Shown here piece after piece: positions 16,478-20,000 of a stretch of 20,000 bases of DNA. The position numbers and the translations under genes are program-made. Origin of the DNA: an uncultured virus (IMG/VR IMGVR_UViG_3300042298_003554). Taxonomy: Duplodnaviria; Heunggongvirae; Uroviricota; Caudoviricetes. Location of the stretch: the IMG/VR virus record IMGVR_UViG_3300042298_003554. One strand, written 5' to 3'. How positions within the stretch are numbered: position 1 is the first letter of the stretch; every line of letters begins with the position of its first letter. The notes under the pieces were generated by a model. The model was not told the origin of the DNA and ran no database searches. It worked only from the letters and a program-made list of their open reading frames with translations.

Positions 16478-19400
16478 TTAATTTCCTTCTAGTATGGATA
16501 AACGATCTTTTAAATTATTAATTATAATTTGTTGATCTTGTATAGCTTTAATTAAAAGAGCAACCATATTACCATAATGTATGGAATCTGGTCTATTTTC
16601 ATTATCATATTGTACAAATTCTGTTAATCCTATTTTATCTACTTCTTCAGCAATTAAACCACCAAATATTTTATTACCATCATTATAGCTTTTAAATATT
16701 ACGCTTTTTAATTGTAAAACTTCATTTAGTCCATGAGTGGCATCATTTACATCGGTTTTATATCTTAATGATGATGTTGATCTATATAAAAATCCATCGC
16801 TACCAACCACCATATTAGCAGCAGTGGCGGTTGTATTATTGTATGGAGAAACCGCTGCTGTACCAGTATTTATGGCCCCATCATCTCTGGTATATAAAAG
16901 AGCTGCTCCACTACTATTCGAAATATAAAAAGAAACTGTTGAACTAGTAGCTCCAGATCCTCTTACCTCAAAACGATATGTTGGCGATACACCAATGCCA
17001 GTATTACCACCAAAATAATTTTTACCAGTATGTTCTACATATATACCCCACCTATTGGTAACTGTAGCACCAGAACTAGCATCACTACAATAAATATCGA
17101 AAGCATTTGTTATTGTTCCAGCGGCTCTCCATAGTATATGTTGTATTCCAATTGCTGTTGTAGTTACTGGAGAAACAGCAGAAGTATTATAATGACCATA
17201 TTGATTATATATACCATATAATGTACTTAATGTGCCAATATCATTAGTTAATGCATAATTACGTAGATTATTATTAGCTATACCAATACTACTACCACTA
17301 TTTGTTATTCCAGAATTAATCTTAAAATATGTATTTATAGCTACATTTCTGATAGCATAATTACCATTAGTTGTAGCATAACTATATGTGGCGCTTGATA
17401 GATTATCTCCAGTATTGGTATTGGTAAAATCTTTTATAGCTACTAAAGATGGATTTGTAGTATACGAATCTGTTCTTGTTCCACCCCCAATAACTAATTT
17501 ATAATCATTAGAAGGAGATGCTCCTAGTCCAGTATTACCGCCACTTTGTACTGTTAGTAATGTGCTGTCACCAGCTCCATAACCACTATTTTCTATTAAT
17601 TTTAGAGATCTTGTCCCACTTGAAGCATCGTTTTGCCATGCAAAGCCACCCTTTCCATTAACATCAATTTGAATAGCGGCTTTGCCAGTACCTCCACTAG
17701 TTGTTTGTAAACCTTGTGTTGTTATCAGTCCGTCGCTAGCTGTTGTATAGGATAATATACGACCTCTAATATCAACTTTAAATCCACTACTGACTGAATT
17801 TGTTCCTATTCCAACATTTCCAGACGCATCGATACGTAATCTTTCAGTATCATTTGTCCAAAAAACAAGAGGAATATTTGCTCTTTGACGAATGTGCGAT
17901 GCTATTGTTCCACCATATATCTCTAAATCGCAGGCAGCGCTAGCTTGTGATAATATACGAAGTCCGGGAGCATTAGCATTAGAAATAACGATACCGCCAT
18001 TCGGATTTGCAAAAGATGGACTATTAGTTCCTATTCCAACATTTCCACTGGAATCAATTCGCATAGCTTCTTGAAATCCAGCCCTCATGAATCTAATAGC
18101 ACCAGTAGTATTACTACCACCAAGACCAACAACCATATTACTACCATCAATTAACTCAAGAACTCTAGTTTCATTATTACATTGATCAATTAAAGTGGCA
18201 TTGTTTTGAGCGTCATCATGAAGTATTATTTCTCCACCATTTTCGTTATAGTTAAATCTATGAGAAATTGACCCACTGTTTAGTTTAAAATCAATATTAT
18301 TACTTGCTGTGATTCTAATCTTTTCTGTAGCAGCACTATTAGATCCGCTAGTAACAAATATTGTCATTCCATCAAAATAATCAGCATTAATACGCCCCAT
18401 TTCTACATTAGATCTTCTAAAACTGATTCCAGCACCATTAGAAAATCCACCACTAACTTCAGCAATAATGACCTGTTCTTCTGATGTTGTTGTATTCAAC
18501 ACATGCAAATGAGATGAAGGGCTACTTGTTCCTATGCCAACATTTCCATCACTAGTTATTCTCATTCTTTCTATTGGAGTACTAGTATTTGCTCCACCAC
18601 TAGTAGTACGAAATACTAATGACGCATTAAAACTAGGAACATCTATTGCTAATATATCAGCACCCCAACCAGTAGTATAAATATTATGTTTAAATCTAAT
18701 TCCAGCGAATGATTGACTTGTTCCAACAGTGCCGTCTAATAGTAAAGTGGCTTTTTCAGAATTTGATGTTGCGCTTGAAAATACAGAAAGAGGAAGAGTT
18801 GGACTACTAGTTCCTATCCCAACATTTCCAGAACTATCAATAACAAATGGCGAAGTATCACCAGTAACATCATTAACAACAAAACAGTTTCCAGTACCAT
18901 CATGAGTAATAGTAAGAGGTACATTTGTGCCGCTAGAACTAATTGTAACACCAGTTGAGAAAACTGTAGCGGCGGTAAATGTTTTAGCTCCGCTAATAGT
19001 TTGAACGCCAGTTGTTCGCACAACCGTACTATCAACAGCTATACTATCCGCACTAACACTTATTCCATCGCCCTGACCGATATGTATTGTTCTGTTCGCA
19101 ACAAGGCTTCCACCACCAGCCAAACCACTTCCTGCCGTAATTGTTATCCCATCCCAAGCAGCTTCTATGGCCCCTCTAGCAGCTGATAGAGACTCTCCTT
19201 CTGGATGTAATGCGTAGAAAAAATAATTCAACAAATATCCGTCCAATGAATAGTACTCACCACCCAAATTAAAATATATCTGAGACGTATAATGCGTATG
19301 AGTATTTAATTGTGTTTGTATAGAGCTTGCTACTCCTTTAACATAACTCAATTCTGTAAGTGAAGGATAAGTACTAGTACTAAGAGAAACAACATTTTTA

Positions 19401-19708
19401 TTAGCATCAAAACTTGCTACTCTACTAGCTGTTTGATTAGATATAGCTAATCCACTAGCGAAATTTCCACTACCAGTTACATTTAATAAGCTTCCATCAA
19501 AAGATAAATTACTTTCAGCATTAATTCCAACCGTCGAGCCGGTGCTAGTGAGTATTCTATTATCACCACTATTAGCAATGGTCGGCAGTAATCCACTAAC
19601 ACTACTATTAAAATTACTATTATTAATATTTAAAGTAGTAAAATATCCACTAACTGCTGTTATTGTTCCACTAGTAGTTAAATCATGATCATTAAAATTA
19701 ATACTCAT
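16478..19708 (-). CDS. Tail fibre / receptor-binding protein with C-terminal peptidase S74 intramolecular chaperone
   Basis: 1076 aa, Gly/Ser/Thr/Asn-rich; repeated RIxxxGNVGIGT modules; C-terminal SSLRYKTDV...GLIAEEV...ALLIKAIQD plus coiled coil. Confidence 0.88.
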   Translation of the reverse strand: MSINFNDHDLTTSGTITAVSGYFTTLNINNSNFNSSVSGLLPTIANSGDNRILTSTGSTVGINAESNLSFDGSLLNVTGSGNFASGLAISNQTASRVASFDANKNVVSLSTSTYPSLTELSYVKGVASSIQTQLNTHTHYTSQIYFNLGGEYYSLDGYLLNYFFYALHPEGESLSAARGAIEAAWDGITITAGSGLAGGGSLVANRTIHIGQGDGISVSADSIAVDSTVVRTTGVQTISGAKTFTAATVFSTGVTISSSGTNVPLTITHDGTGNCFVVNDVTGDTSPFVIDSSGNVGIGTSSPTLPLSVFSSATSNSEKATLLLDGTVGTSQSFAGIRFKHNIYTTGWGADILAIDVPSFNASLVFRTTSGGANTSTPIERMRITSDGNVGIGTSSPSSHLHVLNTTTSEEQVIIAEVSGGFSNGAGISFRRSNVEMGRINADYFDGMTIFVTSGSNSAATEKIRITASNNIDFKLNSGSISHRFNYNENGGEIILHDDAQNNATLIDQCNNETRVLELIDGSNMVVGLGGSNTTGAIRFMRAGFQEAMRIDSSGNVGIGTNSPSFANPNGGIVISNANAPGLRILSQASAACDLEIYGGTIASHIRQRANIPLVFWTNDTERLRIDASGNVGIGTNSVSSGFKVDIRGRILSYTTASDGLITTQGLQTTSGGTGKAAIQIDVNGKGGFAWQNDASSGTRSLKLIENSGYGAGDSTLLTVQSGGNTGLGASPSNDYKLVIGGGTRTDSYTTNPSLVAIKDFTNTNTGDNLSSATYSYATTNGNYAIRNVAINTYFKINSGITNSGSSIGIANNNLRNYALTNDIGTLSTLYGIYNQYGHYNTSAVSPVTTTAIGIQHILWRAAGTITNAFDIYCSDASSGATVTNRWGIYVEHTGKNYFGGNTGIGVSPTYRFEVRGSGATSSTVSFYISNSSGAALLYTRDDGAINTGTAAVSPYNNTTATAANMVVGSDGFLYRSTSSLRYKTDVNDATHGLNEVLQLKSVIFKSYNDGNKIFGGLIAEEVDKIGLTEFVQYDNENRPDSIHYGNMVALLIKAIQDQQIIINNLKDRLSILEGN

Positions 19709-19719
19709 AAATATCTCTG

Positions 19720-19998
19720 TTATGGAATAAAGTTATATTTTTGTCCACCCATATAAGGTGGAGTAACTGTTGGTGTGGGCGTTGGTGTTTTTGTTACAGT
19801 ATTTGTGACCGTTGGTGTTGTTGTAGGAGTTATAGTTGGTGTGGTTGTGACAGAAGGAGTGGGAGTTGGACTGGAAGCCACTCCACTATAAATTGTTTGA
19901 ACCAAATCTACTCCTGCTGTCCAAAGAATATTATTACTATTTAATCCATTAACATTAATATCTAAGCTATATGTTCCGGTATTGGCCACAACAGTTGC
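19720..19998 (-). CDS. 3' end of a Thr/Pro-rich structural protein (probably 5'-partial)
   Basis: The frame stays open upstream of the GTG at 19989 to the window edge; [12 protein letters not shown] linker. Confidence 0.7.
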   Translation of the reverse strand, partial: ATVVANTGTYSLDINVNGLNSNNILWTAGVDLVQTIYSGVASSPTPTPSVTTTPTITPTTTPTVTNTVTKTPTPTPTVTPPYMGGQKYNFIP

Positions 19999-20000
19999 TG

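Noticed and set aside
18814..19035. 73-aa alternative-frame minus ORF inside the tail fibre
   Set aside because: Leu-rich off-frame by-product of the fibre's codon usage, with no independent support
489..19944. All plus-strand ORFs in the track (e.g. 3054-3347, 6585-6836, 13759-14136)
   Set aside because: Short antisense shadows of long minus-strand genes; 13759-14136 is simply the reverse of the Thr/Pro repeat
1..20000. Alternative genetic code (stop-codon reassignment)
   Set aside because: Genes tile densely under code 11, and TAA, TGA and TAG (10478) all end genes at sensible boundaries
1..20000. Host or phage-family assignment
   Set aside because: No capsid, terminase or host-derived marker is present in the window, so any assignment would be a guess

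Overview
AT-rich tailed-phage (Caudoviricetes) virion-morphogenesis region with all real genes on the minus strand. In transcription order: the 3' end of a Thr/Pro-rich protein, a 1076-aa tail fibre with an S74-type chaperone, two small proteins, a putative head-tail adaptor, an accessory block (P-domain protein, TP-linker beta-propeller, two small ORFs), head-closure, neck and tail-terminator-like genes, a 369-aa major tail protein with an apparent internal duplication, four probable tail-assembly genes (including a 49-aa ORF missing from the track), and a giant tape measure protein (TMP). The TMP is absent from the ORF track because it has no stop in the window. It starts at 6814 and stays open to position 2 (at least 2271 aa). 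After a normal TP901-type TMP core, hand translation shows modules separated by recurring [FYL]xxGG motifs: two unrecognised domains, a HAD-phosphatase domain with all four motifs, a PD-(D/E)xK-like nuclease domain and an HExxH metallopeptidase. This suggests a tape measure that doubles as an injected, possibly self-processing effector polyprotein. All assignments come from motif reading and gene order; no database searches were run.
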